Virus record (IMG/VR): IMGVR_UViG_3300035698_022898
Coordinates: 22,235-86,234 of that record
DNA: 64,000 nt
Strand: one strand, 5' to 3'
DNA from: a virus
This document shows positions 1 through 10,061 of the stretch, in pieces. A model generated the notes under the pieces. It saw only the letters and a program-made list of their open reading frames with translations. It had not been told where the DNA came from and searched no databases. Within the stretch, counting starts at the first letter, position 1; every line of letters starts with the position of its first letter. The position numbers and the translations under genes are program-made.

Positions 1-3000
1 AAAGGTGCTGTACGAGTAACCACTGCATACGGCATTGCTGCCCGAGCCATTTTTGGATTTACCGAAGCAGTTAGTGGAGGCGTTGTTGAAATCGTATTAT
101 ACGATCAGGCACTCCGAAATCTGCAAGCCATCTCTGGTGCCACCGAAGCACAATTATCAGCCATGTCTAAAGAGATGGTTCGGGCAGCACAAAGCACAAA
201 ATTCTCCACCACAGAAATAGCAGAAGGTATGGTTCTTCTAGCTCAAGCAGGCTTGACTGCGGGTGAGGCGATGGATTCTGTCAATCCTACGATCACACTT
301 GCTGCGGGTACTCTGAGTGATATGAAGTTTACGACTGACTTGATGACCACAACCTTGAGGGCATTTAATCTCCAAGCCATAGAATCTGCTCGTGTTGCAG
401 ATGTTATGGCAAATGCCATCAACAGATCCAAACTCACAATCGACAAATTGCGTACTGCATTTAACTATGTAGGTGCGGGTGCTGCACAGATAGGGCTTTC
501 ACTCGAAGAAACCGCTGCCAGTATGATGGTACTTGCTAATAATGGTATGAGAGCAAGCACTATTGGTACTGGTCTTAGACAAGTTTTGAGTAGACTTGTT
601 GGTCCAAATAAAAAACTTCGAGAAGAGTTCAAAGCGTATGGTATTTCTTTACAAGATGTTAACCCGAGAATAGTGGGATACCAAAAAGCTTTGGAGAACC
701 TGGCTCCTGTTTTGTGGGATGTAGAAAAAGCTCAAGTTGATATGACAAAAGCGTATGCCCTTTTTGGATTGAGAGGGGCTCAAGCTTCCGCAGTTTTAAT
801 CAAGTCTCTTGTTAGTGGAGACTATCAAAAGATGTTGGATTATACTTATAGGGTAGGGTCTGCTAATAAAATGGCAGCTACTCAGGCTGAAGGTCTCGGT
901 TTTAAATTTAAGCAGTTGGTAGACATCGCAAAGACATTAGCGTTGGCACTCGGGGATGCCGGTATAGAAGGTGCTCTTCATACGTTTGTGGACACTTTAA
1001 GAACAGGCACCAAAGCAGCGGCCGACTTTGTTGAAACGGGCCTTGGTCGACTTATTACCAAAGCTACTTTGATAATTCCTTTACTTTTGGGTGTAGCCCT
1101 CGCTGCCAAAGGAGCTATGTTGGCAGTACGTGGTTTAGGAATGGCTTTAGAATTTGTAAAGTTACATCCTGTGGTACTAGCAATTTCTTTACTCACGGGT
1201 GGACTTGCTCTGCTTGCATCCATAGTAGATGAGGTTGTTAGTGCAGAAAGACGCTGGTTCACAGAGTTGGAGGTTGTAGCTGTTCAATTGGAAAGAACGT
1301 TGGCCGCCTCAAAGTCTTATTTAGGATTTTTTAAAGCCCTGCATGAAAAGTTCGGTGAAGGTGTTGAAGAAACCGAGGAGTACAAAAGCACTGTAATTCG
1401 ACTTAAGGAACAGCTTCCCGAACTTTCTAGTATGATAGATGAAAATACGGACTCTGTGGATGATTTGGTAAAGTCTTTGGAAGACTTTACCAATTCAAAA
1501 GCTGAGGAAGCCTTCTCCGCTTTGGTTACTACCATGGCCATAGCTCAAAGGAAAGCCAGGGAGTTAGACGATACTCCAGCTTTTAAGAATTTTAAAAAGC
1601 ACATGTCCATATCCCAAGGTTTTATAGGAAGTTTAGCAGCCTTGGGTAAAGAACTTAAATTAGAACCTTATCAAGGTAAAAAAGCTGAGGTTGATAAAAA
1701 GTATACGGCATTTTTTAAGGCCATGCTTAGGGATATGCCCAACGAGCTTTTAACAATAGAAGGTATTCAAGAAAGGATGAATCGCCTTTTAGTGGATAGA
1801 AATGTAACTGTAGAGTTTTCGGAAGAAATAATGGAGCGTTCTTCGGAGGCTCTTGCAAAATATGTTACGAGTACTCGTGAAGGACTTTTGGTTTTAAGTA
1901 AAGAAAGTAGAGCACTTCCTCAGAATTTTAAAGAGTCTATGGAAAGGTTAATGAACTCTTCCGAAAGAAGTGTAGCCATTTCCATAGCACAACAAAAAGT
2001 ATATTTTGAGAAAGGAAAGGTCACTGAGGAAGAATATACTAGATTCAAAGAAAATCAGGAATTAAAACTTTTGGATCTTAAGGTAAAAAATTTAACGGTA
2101 ATGCGGAATGCTTTAGGGGTTTCTTTAGGTTGGGAGACTGAGGAGTACCTGGCAGCCAATGAAGAAATTGTGGCAGCTAGGAGTGAAAAAGTAGAAAAGG
2201 AACTAGAAATAGAGGCGGATAGGGCCGAACGTGAAAGGGAATTGCGTTTGGAAGAAACCAAGGATTCTTTAAAACTATTCGATAAAATTAAAAAAGCTAG
2301 AGAAAAAAGTGCAGATGATCAAGTAAAAAAGATATCAGCAGAAATCAAAGCTACTGAAAAGATAGCTAAACTTCGATATGATATAGAAGTAGCGACCATA
2401 CAGGCTATATTCAATATCAATAAACATATGTGGCGTTTGTCGGAACAAATAGATATTAAGAAAGCTGAGGAAAATCGTCGTCGTCGTGAGAAAGACGCTA
2501 AAGACCAAATCAAGGATGCAATAGAACTTGCCCAAGTTTTAGAGCTTATTCGTATGGAACATGAAGCTAAAATGGCAGAACTTCATGAGAAATATGCTGA
2601 CCAACGCATAGCTGAGGAAGGCGGTGTAATAGATCAGATTAACCGGGGTTTGAAGAATGCTCAAAAGTCCGTTCAAACTTGGGGGATGTTTGTTATAAAA
2701 ACCACGGAACAAGTGGCTGAAAGATTTGCCGACGGAATGTCCTCAGCATTTACCGACTTTATTATGGGAACAGAAAAAGCCGGAAAAGCGTTTGAAGAGT
2801 TTGCCAAAGAGACATTATCTTGGCTTATTCAAATGATCATACGTCAACAACTGTACAATGCTTTAGTTGGTTCGCCGGGGGGCGGGGGCGGTCTTTTAGG
2901 AATGGCAACCAACTTAATAGGATCTTTTTTTTCACCGACTATGGGAGCAGGAGCCACAACCTCCGGAGTTGCTGCTTCTGGTGCAACAGGTTACGCCGCT

Positions 3001-3321
3001 TCACCTTCATTTGTTGTACACGGTGGGATGGATACAGGAAATGTAATTAGAGGCATATCCAACGGTCTTAAAGGAATGCACGTTCGACATAGTGGATTAG
3101 GTTCTGATGAAGTTCCAGCCATTCTACGAAAAAACGAGACCGTGTTGACACCTGCTCAGTTGGCCAGTGTATCAAAACCAGGATTAAATTTTAAAATGAT
3201 TGTTCATAATGAAATGCCTGAACAAGCATATGTATCTTCTAAACCTCCTAAATTTGATGGAGTTCGTTGGGTATCAGAAATGTATATTGAAGGAAAAAAA
3301 CGTAAAATGATTCCTAGTTAG
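1..3321 (+). CDS. Tail tape measure protein (TP901-family core), 5' truncated by the window edge
   Basis: Frame +1 is open from base 1. TP901-type core (LANNGMRASTIGTGLR, LFGLRG), long Ala/Leu helical and coiled-coil regions, C-terminal HSGLGSDEVPAIL..E.VL motif; first gene of the tail cluster. Confidence 0.93.
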   Translation, partial: KGAVRVTTAYGIAARAIFGFTEAVSGGVVEIVLYDQALRNLQAISGATEAQLSAMSKEMVRAAQSTKFSTTEIAEGMVLLAQAGLTAGEAMDSVNPTITLAAGTLSDMKFTTDLMTTTLRAFNLQAIESARVADVMANAINRSKLTIDKLRTAFNYVGAGAAQIGLSLEETAASMMVLANNGMRASTIGTGLRQVLSRLVGPNKKLREEFKAYGISLQDVNPRIVGYQKALENLAPVLWDVEKAQVDMTKAYALFGLRGAQASAVLIKSLVSGDYQKMLDYTYRVGSANKMAATQAEGLGFKFKQLVDIAKTLALALGDAGIEGALHTFVDTLRTGTKAAADFVETGLGRLITKATLIIPLLLGVALAAKGAMLAVRGLGMALEFVKLHPVVLAISLLTGGLALLASIVDEVVSAERRWFTELEVVAVQLERTLAASKSYLGFFKALHEKFGEGVEETEEYKSTVIRLKEQLPELSSMIDENTDSVDDLVKSLEDFTNSKAEEAFSALVTTMAIAQRKARELDDTPAFKNFKKHMSISQGFIGSLAALGKELKLEPYQGKKAEVDKKYTAFFKAMLRDMPNELLTIEGIQERMNRLLVDRNVTVEFSEEIMERSSEALAKYVTSTREGLLVLSKESRALPQNFKESMERLMNSSERSVAISIAQQKVYFEKGKVTEEEYTRFKENQELKLLDLKVKNLTVMRNALGVSLGWETEEYLAANEEIVAARSEKVEKELEIEADRAERERELRLEETKDSLKLFDKIKKAREKSADDQVKKISAEIKATEKIAKLRYDIEVATIQAIFNINKHMWRLSEQIDIKKAEENRRRREKDAKDQIKDAIELAQVLELIRMEHEAKMAELHEKYADQRIAEEGGVIDQINRGLKNAQKSVQTWGMFVIKTTEQVAERFADGMSSAFTDFIMGTEKAGKAFEEFAKETLSWLIQMIIRQQLYNALVGSPGGGGGLLGMATNLIGSFFSPTMGAGATTSGVAASGATGYAASPSFVVHGGMDTGNVIRGISNGLKGMHVRHSGLGSDEVPAILRKNETVLTPAQLASVSKPGLNFKMIVHNEMPEQAYVSSKPPKFDGVRWVSEMYIEGKKRKMIPS

Positions 3322-3335
3322 GTTAGGAGGAAACT

Positions 3336-3719
3336 ATGCATATAGCTGGACAAAAAGTAAAAGATCCGCTTCTTCCTATTAAGGAAGTTAAAATAAAAAA
3401 GATGGTAAGAACCAGCAAAGAAGCTTCTTACACTCAAATTCGTTCTCGTAGTACTCGCACTAGGAGAAAATGGACTTTAGAATGGAAGAATGAGGGTTGT
3501 TTGACCGAAGTGGATTTTCAAAAACTTATGGATATACAAGACGATTATTGGGGGTCTGTTTTAGAATGGACACACCCTTTTACCAACGAAACCTACACTA
3601 ATGTTTTTATAGCCGATGAGGAATTATCCAGTGAAGTAGTTATTCCTTCTCATGTTAGTGGAGAAGCTATAGCCTGTGGTGGTTATAGATCTCTAACTTT
3701 ACATTTGGAGCAGATATAA
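3336..3719 (+). CDS. Distal tail protein (lambda gpM-like)
   Basis: AGGAGG RBS; lies directly after the tape measure gene; R.W.L.W...F and WTHP pattern. Confidence 0.6.
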   Translation: MHIAGQKVKDPLLPIKEVKIKKMVRTSKEASYTQIRSRSTRTRRKWTLEWKNEGCLTEVDFQKLMDIQDDYWGSVLEWTHPFTNETYTNVFIADEELSSEVVIPSHVSGEAIACGGYRSLTLHLEQI

Positions 3720-3720
3720 A

Positions 3721-4338
3721 ATGCATCCTTTAAGCACAGCTGCCATTCAAGAAAAAAACAAACTTTCTTCAACCGAAGTATGGTGTTGGTTGTTGGAAGT
3801 TGCCATTGACACAGGTACGTTGCGTGTGACAGATAACGGTGAAGATATAGTTTGGCCTTCTTCCGGCAGCAATACTTATATCGCGTTTCCGTTTGAAATC
3901 GATGTTATCGCCGAAACGAGGACAGGGGAACTGCCCTACGTTGAAATTAGAATAAGTAATGTTACTAGAGCGATAGAACAGTATTTAGAGAATGAAATTC
4001 TTAGAACCGGGCAAGCTGTGTATCTTCGATTAGTAAATACAACTGCTCTAGCCAACACTTCATCTGAAATAGACTTTATTTTTTCTATCAACGGTATATC
4101 CTCCAATGCACAATGGGTCACTTTTAAATTGGGGGCTCGAGATATTTTTACAAGACGATTTCCTAGAAATCGTATTCATAAAAACAAGTGCAATGTTCGT
4201 AGATTTAAAGATGGTCATTGTGGGTATGCCGGTGCAGAAACCGTGTGTGATAGAACTTATGCCCGTTGTGTTGAACTAGGCAATCAATCCAGGTTTGGTG
4301 GGTATCCTGGAGTTGGAAGGAAGGGTTTGTATGTTTAG
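3721..4338 (+). CDS. Tail tip protein (lambda gpL-like, Cys-rich C-terminus)
   Basis: YIAFPFEI, ISNV and C-terminal C..CGY...CDRT...C...N..RFGGYPG typical of gpL; synteny. Confidence 0.85.
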   Translation: MHPLSTAAIQEKNKLSSTEVWCWLLEVAIDTGTLRVTDNGEDIVWPSSGSNTYIAFPFEIDVIAETRTGELPYVEIRISNVTRAIEQYLENEILRTGQAVYLRLVNTTALANTSSEIDFIFSINGISSNAQWVTFKLGARDIFTRRFPRNRIHKNKCNVRRFKDGHCGYAGAETVCDRTYARCVELGNQSRFGGYPGVGRKGLYV

Positions 4339-4768
4339 TGCCTATAAATACCTCAGAGTTCCTTTTGTTGCATTTGGTAAAGACCTCAACGGATTGGATT
4401 GTTGGGGGCTTGTGGTACAAGTCTTTAAGGATTTTGGAATGGATCTTCCTGACTACTATCAAGCTTGTTATGATAAAATTATTGAAATTCAAGGGCAAGT
4501 GGTGCCTGACCCTATTTGGTTAAATAAAGCCATTGAAAGTCATCGACCAGATTGGATACCGTTAGAAGAACCAGAAATTCCCTGCCTTGTAGTTTTTAGA
4601 GGCACATACATTGAAAACATTCATTTGAATGGACATTTAGGTGTTTATATAGGAAATGGAAAAATGCTTCATACTTTTCCGAAAAAGGGAGTTCATAAAA
4701 CTAGGCTGGACAACCCTTTATGGAAAAACAAAATAGAAGGGTTCTACAGGTATGTTGGCAAAAAATAA
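4331..4768 (+). CDS. NlpC/P60 tail tip peptidase (gpK C-terminal-like)
   Basis: GLDCWGLV catalytic Cys and HLGVYIGNGKMLH. ATG 4331 overlapping the gpL end chosen as start. Confidence 0.88.
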   Translation: MFSAYKYLRVPFVAFGKDLNGLDCWGLVVQVFKDFGMDLPDYYQACYDKIIEIQGQVVPDPIWLNKAIESHRPDWIPLEEPEIPCLVVFRGTYIENIHLNGHLGVYIGNGKMLHTFPKKGVHKTRLDNPLWKNKIEGFYRYVGKK

Positions 4769-7700
4769 AGTTCTTCTTACGGTTGTTCACAACCCGTTTC
4801 GGTTCGTTTCTAATCCTCATGAGGGACGAATTGTAAAGGTTATGGACTTTATTCCGGGAAAAACTTCTCAGGAATACTATGAAGAAGTGGAACCCCTTCT
4901 CAAAAGGGACATGGGCTTTTCTGTTTCAATAGACGGAAAACCTGTTCCCTTTGAGTTTTTAGGAACTAAAGAAGTAGAACCAGGAAGTAATATTGTTATT
5001 TGTCCTACTTATCACGGAGGTGGTGGTGGTCTTAAACTTGTGGCTATGATAGCCGTTGTTGTAATAGCTGCGATAGTTGCCCCTTATTTAGCCCCAATGA
5101 TAGGCAAGGGAATGGTTGCCATGGGAGTAGGGACCACGACCTTGACTGTAAGCGGAGGAGTAATATCTGCAGCCACAATGGCTACGGCCACCAGTATTGC
5201 TTTTAGTGCCGTAGCAATGATAGGTGCTTTTGCTGTAAATGCATTGATGCCTGCCCCTACTCCTTCTCTACCTTCAATAGGCGGATTAGGTGGTGCAATA
5301 GGAGGTTCTACTGGAACCAGTGTATCCTTAGATAAAGAGTCACCTACTTATTCTTGGCAATTAAGCAATAATACTTTGGAAGAGGGCGGAGTAGAGCCTG
5401 CTCTTTATGGATCTTTTAAAGTAACCCCGCCCATTATATCTAGACATATTACCACAGGAACAGATAATAAACAGTATCTTAATTTACTTTTATTGGTAAC
5501 TGGACATGAATTAGATTCCATCACAGACATACAATTAAACGATAACCCAATAGCCAACTTTACGGGTGTATCCACAGAAACTAGGTTAGGCACTTTAGAC
5601 CAATCTGTGATTTCCTATTTTAATGACACAATAACCGATCAAGCTGTCGGGGCAACAATGTCTACCTCTTGGATTACTCGGGTAACTTCGGGTAATTCTG
5701 TTGAAGGTTTGGGCATTGTTTTTACTTTTTTTGGTGGATTGTTTTGTCAAGCTACTACTGGAGAACTGGAATCTACTTCCGTAACCATAGAAATGCAATA
5801 TCAAAAGGATGCCGAGGGCTGGACATCTTGGCAAACGGTTACTGTTTCAGGAGCAACCTCAGCCCCTGTTCGAAAATATTACAGAGTTAACGATCTTACT
5901 CCTGGTTCATATAGTGTAAGAGCTCGTTTTACGACTACACCAGAATCCGGTGTTCGTTATCAAAACGGGTGTGTGCTAGATTACCTACAAGAAATTCTAT
6001 ATTCAGATTTTTCTTACCCAGGAAAATCTTTGTTGGCAATAAGAGCATTAGCCACAGACCAATTATCAGGGGGAGTTCCTAGAATAACTTGTGTAACAAC
6101 CAGAAGCACCGTACAAGTTTGGAATGGAAGTAGTTGGGTTTCTAAAGGGGCAACCAACCCTGCTTGGGCTTCTTACGATATGCTTGTAAATGGGTACTAC
6201 GGCGGAGAAGCAGATGAAACCAAAGTAAACTACGACGAGTTTTCGGAATGGGCAGATTGGTGTACTCTTAAAGGGTATGCTTGTGCAATTTATTGGGATG
6301 TGGAAACAGCCATCCCGTTAGCTTTAGGACGTGTATCCGAAGTAGGTAGAGGCACTGTTATTCAAAGGGGAGTCAACTATGGTGTGCTGGTTGACAAAAA
6401 AGACGACCCCGTACAATTTTTTTCAGTCGGCAGTATAGCGGAAGACAGTTTAAACATGGAGTTCATGGATCTAAGCGCACGATCAAATGCTGTCGAAATA
6501 ACTTACTTTGACGCAACAAAAAACTACGATAGACACACAGTTTTTGTTCAGAACGATCAATATGACGATACGTCAGAATTGGATAAAGTTACGAATCAAA
6601 CGATGTACGCTTGTACGAATAGAACAGTTGCAGCTCAGTTCGCTCAATTTCTTTTAAACGGCAATGCTTACCTTAAACGAATAATCAGTTTTCAAGTAGA
6701 TGTAGACGGTGTTGGTTGTCAACCTGGGGATGTAATTGAAGTTCAACATGATGTCCCCCAGTGGGGTTATGGTGGACGCATATTGTCTGCAACCACTTTT
6801 TCAGTTGTGTTGGATCGAGATGTTTTATTGGAAGTTGGAGTTGCTTATGTTGTAAAGGTAACTCACTCCCAATTACCTCCTAATTGGAATAATATTACTG
6901 GTTATGCTCAGGGGGATTATGTTGTTCATGAAGGCTATATGTATAAAGCCAAATTGTCGAACACCGATCAAGTACCCACTGTTCCTGCATATTGGCGTGC
7001 TGTTTCAGATTATTACGAACAGCAGAGTGTGGCTGCTGTTTTGGTCGAGACTACCACAAATGAAATTACTTTGTCAGGGTCTTGGGATGTAACTCCTTCT
7101 GAATACGATGTATTTAGTTTTGGTACCACTGCCAATGTTATTAAAAAGTTCAGGCTTTTATCCATAGAAAGAAGTCAGGATGTTCTTTGTGACTTGACTA
7201 TGATGGAATACTTTGATGAAATTTATGAGGATGGAGTAGAAATTCCAGAGTACCCAAATGAATCTTCTTTAGTAACATTAGCCGGCCTTGCTGGGGTTGC
7301 TTCTTGGTCCATAGTAGGAGGATCCGGTGTTCCTAGTGTGTACTTGACTTGGAGAGGTCAATCCATAGGGTGGGAAGTTTTTTATAAGGATGAAGCTGAC
7401 ACGGAATGGACTCTGTACTCCAATGCTAAGAATCCAAATTGCACCATAACCGGCTTGATCCCTGGAAAAACTTATGACTTTAAGGTAAACGGTGTAGCCG
7501 AAGAACAAGGAGCAGAAGAAGTATCCGTGGCATATACTTTTAATGTTCCCCCTCCTCAATTAGGAACTATTGTTTCAGACGAGTCTTCACTTTTATCAAC
7601 AGCAAGTGGAGACTTGATTAGTAGAATTCAAATACCTTTTGAAACAAGCTACAATGCATGGAACGGTCCTTACATAGATTTTGATACGGAGGTGCAATCT

Positions 7701-8900
7701 AAGAAATCTGCAGATGCAGATTGGGTTTCCTCCGGAACGGTAGCCTCCTCTTCTGAATTGGTTTTCGTATCCCCTGTAGACGATGGGGAAGATTACGATA
7801 TTAGACTTAGAAACGGGAAGGCAGGGTTTTACTCTGAATGGGTGTATTCCTATGACAACACTGTAATAGGTAAATCCTCTTTACCACCTGATATAGATTC
7901 TATGTTTTTAAACGGCACTCGTTTAGTATGGAGATACCCGTCTCCCCCCAGAGACTTTGCAGGGTTTAAACTGAAAATAGGTTTTGATTCTAATGCAAAC
8001 TGGAACACAGCTCAACTTTTACACGATGATTTAATTTTAGATTTATTCTTTAATATCCCCACAGTAACGGGGTATGCTGCATTTATGGTCAAAGCTGTTG
8101 ATGTTGCTGGCAACGAGAGCTCCAATTTTGCTTATGTTATAACAGGTTTTGGAGACGCTATTGTTGGTAATTTAATCACTACTTATGACCATCGTATATT
8201 AGGATGGCCTGGAGAAAAAACAGGGTGTACTCCTTTTGCAGGTGATTTGGATGCAGACGGGACTGTAGCTTTTTGGACTGAGGATGGGAATGTCTTTTGG
8301 ACTGAGGATGGGAATGCCTTTTGGAGAGCTATGTATTCCCAGATGACCTACATAGCAGAATATAATCCTATTGTAAATGAGTATACGGAAGAGCTCAAAT
8401 GGGATTATACTGTAGAAGGCACGAACGTACGAGCTTATTATGCTTTGGATAATAGACAAATCTTTTGGCCTTCATCTGAAACAGAATTATTTTGGGCAAC
8501 TACACATCCCGATGCGGATTTATTTTGGGAGGAACTTACTTGGGATGTTTGGCAAGGATCTTGGTCTCCCATAAGTGAGGGTTTTGCTTATTTTAAATTG
8601 CTTATAGCCGGCGGTATTGTAGGTGGAGAAGTTTCAGAATTTAAATTGTACATCGATGCAGAAGATATATTGGAACATTTTGAGGATGTGGTAATAAGTG
8701 TGGGCGGTTCTAGGCTTTCTTTAACCAAAACTTATAGAGTTATTCAAAACGTTCAAACGTCATTACAATATGACGGGGGTTCCGCTAAAAGAGTAGAGAC
8801 TTTAGATAAAGATAGTGCATTGGGACCTCTGCTCGTATGCTATGACAATTCAGATGTTTCTGTATCGGGAACTATTGATGCAGACATTCAAGGGTACTAA
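4752..8900 (+). CDS. Central tail fibre / tip attachment protein (gpI-gpJ-like) with FN3 domains and an inserted carbohydrate-binding module
   Basis: 1382 aa: ubiquitin-like N-terminus plus Gly-rich hydrophobic segment, PALYG, NPAW, QPGDVIEVQHD.P.WG.GGR, FN3-like GLIPGKTYDFKV and AVDVAGNES. Confidence 0.9.
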   Translation: MLAKNKVLLTVVHNPFRFVSNPHEGRIVKVMDFIPGKTSQEYYEEVEPLLKRDMGFSVSIDGKPVPFEFLGTKEVEPGSNIVICPTYHGGGGGLKLVAMIAVVVIAAIVAPYLAPMIGKGMVAMGVGTTTLTVSGGVISAATMATATSIAFSAVAMIGAFAVNALMPAPTPSLPSIGGLGGAIGGSTGTSVSLDKESPTYSWQLSNNTLEEGGVEPALYGSFKVTPPIISRHITTGTDNKQYLNLLLLVTGHELDSITDIQLNDNPIANFTGVSTETRLGTLDQSVISYFNDTITDQAVGATMSTSWITRVTSGNSVEGLGIVFTFFGGLFCQATTGELESTSVTIEMQYQKDAEGWTSWQTVTVSGATSAPVRKYYRVNDLTPGSYSVRARFTTTPESGVRYQNGCVLDYLQEILYSDFSYPGKSLLAIRALATDQLSGGVPRITCVTTRSTVQVWNGSSWVSKGATNPAWASYDMLVNGYYGGEADETKVNYDEFSEWADWCTLKGYACAIYWDVETAIPLALGRVSEVGRGTVIQRGVNYGVLVDKKDDPVQFFSVGSIAEDSLNMEFMDLSARSNAVEITYFDATKNYDRHTVFVQNDQYDDTSELDKVTNQTMYACTNRTVAAQFAQFLLNGNAYLKRIISFQVDVDGVGCQPGDVIEVQHDVPQWGYGGRILSATTFSVVLDRDVLLEVGVAYVVKVTHSQLPPNWNNITGYAQGDYVVHEGYMYKAKLSNTDQVPTVPAYWRAVSDYYEQQSVAAVLVETTTNEITLSGSWDVTPSEYDVFSFGTTANVIKKFRLLSIERSQDVLCDLTMMEYFDEIYEDGVEIPEYPNESSLVTLAGLAGVASWSIVGGSGVPSVYLTWRGQSIGWEVFYKDEADTEWTLYSNAKNPNCTITGLIPGKTYDFKVNGVAEEQGAEEVSVAYTFNVPPPQLGTIVSDESSLLSTASGDLISRIQIPFETSYNAWNGPYIDFDTEVQSKKSADADWVSSGTVASSSELVFVSPVDDGEDYDIRLRNGKAGFYSEWVYSYDNTVIGKSSLPPDIDSMFLNGTRLVWRYPSPPRDFAGFKLKIGFDSNANWNTAQLLHDDLILDLFFNIPTVTGYAAFMVKAVDVAGNESSNFAYVITGFGDAIVGNLITTYDHRILGWPGEKTGCTPFAGDLDADGTVAFWTEDGNVFWTEDGNAFWRAMYSQMTYIAEYNPIVNEYTEELKWDYTVEGTNVRAYYALDNRQIFWPSSETELFWATTHPDADLFWEELTWDVWQGSWSPISEGFAYFKLLIAGGIVGGEVSEFKLYIDAEDILEHFEDVVISVGGSRLSLTKTYRVIQNVQTSLQYDGGSAKRVETLDKDSALGPLLVCYDNSDVSVSGTIDADIQGY
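8271..8325 (+). repeat. 24-bp tandem repeat inside gpJ (FWTEDGNx, 2.3 copies)
   Basis: ttttggactgaggatgggaatg at 8271 and 8295, partial third copy at 8319. Confidence 0.9.
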
Positions 8901-8911
8901 GGAGAAATAAA

Positions 8912-10045
8912 ATGGCTGATTATCCTGCTGCTGGAGAAATTTCGGATGTGTCTGCTAATGAAGCTCAAATGAAAGCTAGGTTTGAGGAATGGTTAGCTGC
9001 AACAAAACAAAGTTTGGGTGGACTTCCTTACGCCGCATATACCATTTCTTCGGGGGATGTAACTCCTGTGGTGGGTTTATTTACTGTCGATGAGGAAGTT
9101 AACGGTATACCTGATAATTTAGATCATGTTGTATATACCAGTTTGAGAGACGGTGCTTTAATAGCCATTCAAGCCGCCGACGATGATGCAGTTATTACGG
9201 TCAGACATGCTCAGGGAGGAAACGGTCAATTTACCTTAGCCAGCGGTGCTGACAAAGTCCTTAAAAGTGATCGATGGATGCTTTTTTTTAGAAACGGGAC
9301 AGTGTGGGTTGAGCTTTCTTTGGAATCCTCTCTTCCTTCTTCAAATATACTAACCACAGACACCGCTCAAGATATTTCTGGAGACAAAGAGTTCCAAGAT
9401 GGAAACAAAGTATTGTTTGGAACGGATGGCGACACAGAAGTTTACCACGATGGTAGTAATTTTAAGTTACTAAACACCACAGGGGATGCGCAGTTTTATT
9501 CCAATACTGCAAAGTTAGGTCTGGTGTTAGTTCCCGATGCCGGTGTGCATCTGTACTTCAATGCCGTTTTGAAGGCACAAACCACAGCTCTGGGACTACA
9601 ACTTTCTGCAACAAATACCCTTATGGATCTTAATCAGGGTCAGTTGTTGGTGCACGAAACCCCTGCCTCGGACTTGACTGTTACCGGTGAAATTGTATCC
9701 TTAACTGCGGGGGAATTACTCGCTTTTGGTGATGTTTGTTATATAAAAGCGGCGGACGGGAAACTTTGGAAAGCAAACGCCACAGTTAGGGCAACCATGC
9801 CTTGTTTTGCTTTAGCTACTGCTGCCATTGCTGCTGATGCGACAGGTCTTTTCTTACTCACTGGGTTTGCGAGAAAGTCTACTTGGTCTTGGACTATTGG
9901 AAGTCTTATGTTTGTAAACACTTCCGATGGGGAATTAACACAAACTCAACCTAGTAGTTCTGGCGAACAAATTCAAATAGTCGGTATAGCTACTCATGCA
10001 AACAGAATATGGTTCCGACCTGAATTGATTATGGCCGAGGTTTAA
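8912..10045 (+). CDS. Tail fibre / virion appendage protein A
   Basis: Follows gpJ; paralogous to the next gene; one FGTDGDTEVYHDGSNF module; C-terminal AGE..FG..CY.K.DGKLWKA domain. Confidence 0.65.
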   Translation: MADYPAAGEISDVSANEAQMKARFEEWLAATKQSLGGLPYAAYTISSGDVTPVVGLFTVDEEVNGIPDNLDHVVYTSLRDGALIAIQAADDDAVITVRHAQGGNGQFTLASGADKVLKSDRWMLFFRNGTVWVELSLESSLPSSNILTTDTAQDISGDKEFQDGNKVLFGTDGDTEVYHDGSNFKLLNTTGDAQFYSNTAKLGLVLVPDAGVHLYFNAVLKAQTTALGLQLSATNTLMDLNQGQLLVHETPASDLTVTGEIVSLTAGELLAFGDVCYIKAADGKLWKANATVRATMPCFALATAAIAADATGLFLLTGFARKSTWSWTIGSLMFVNTSDGELTQTQPSSSGEQIQIVGIATHANRIWFRPELIMAEV

Positions 10046-10061
10046 TTTAAGGAGAAATAAA

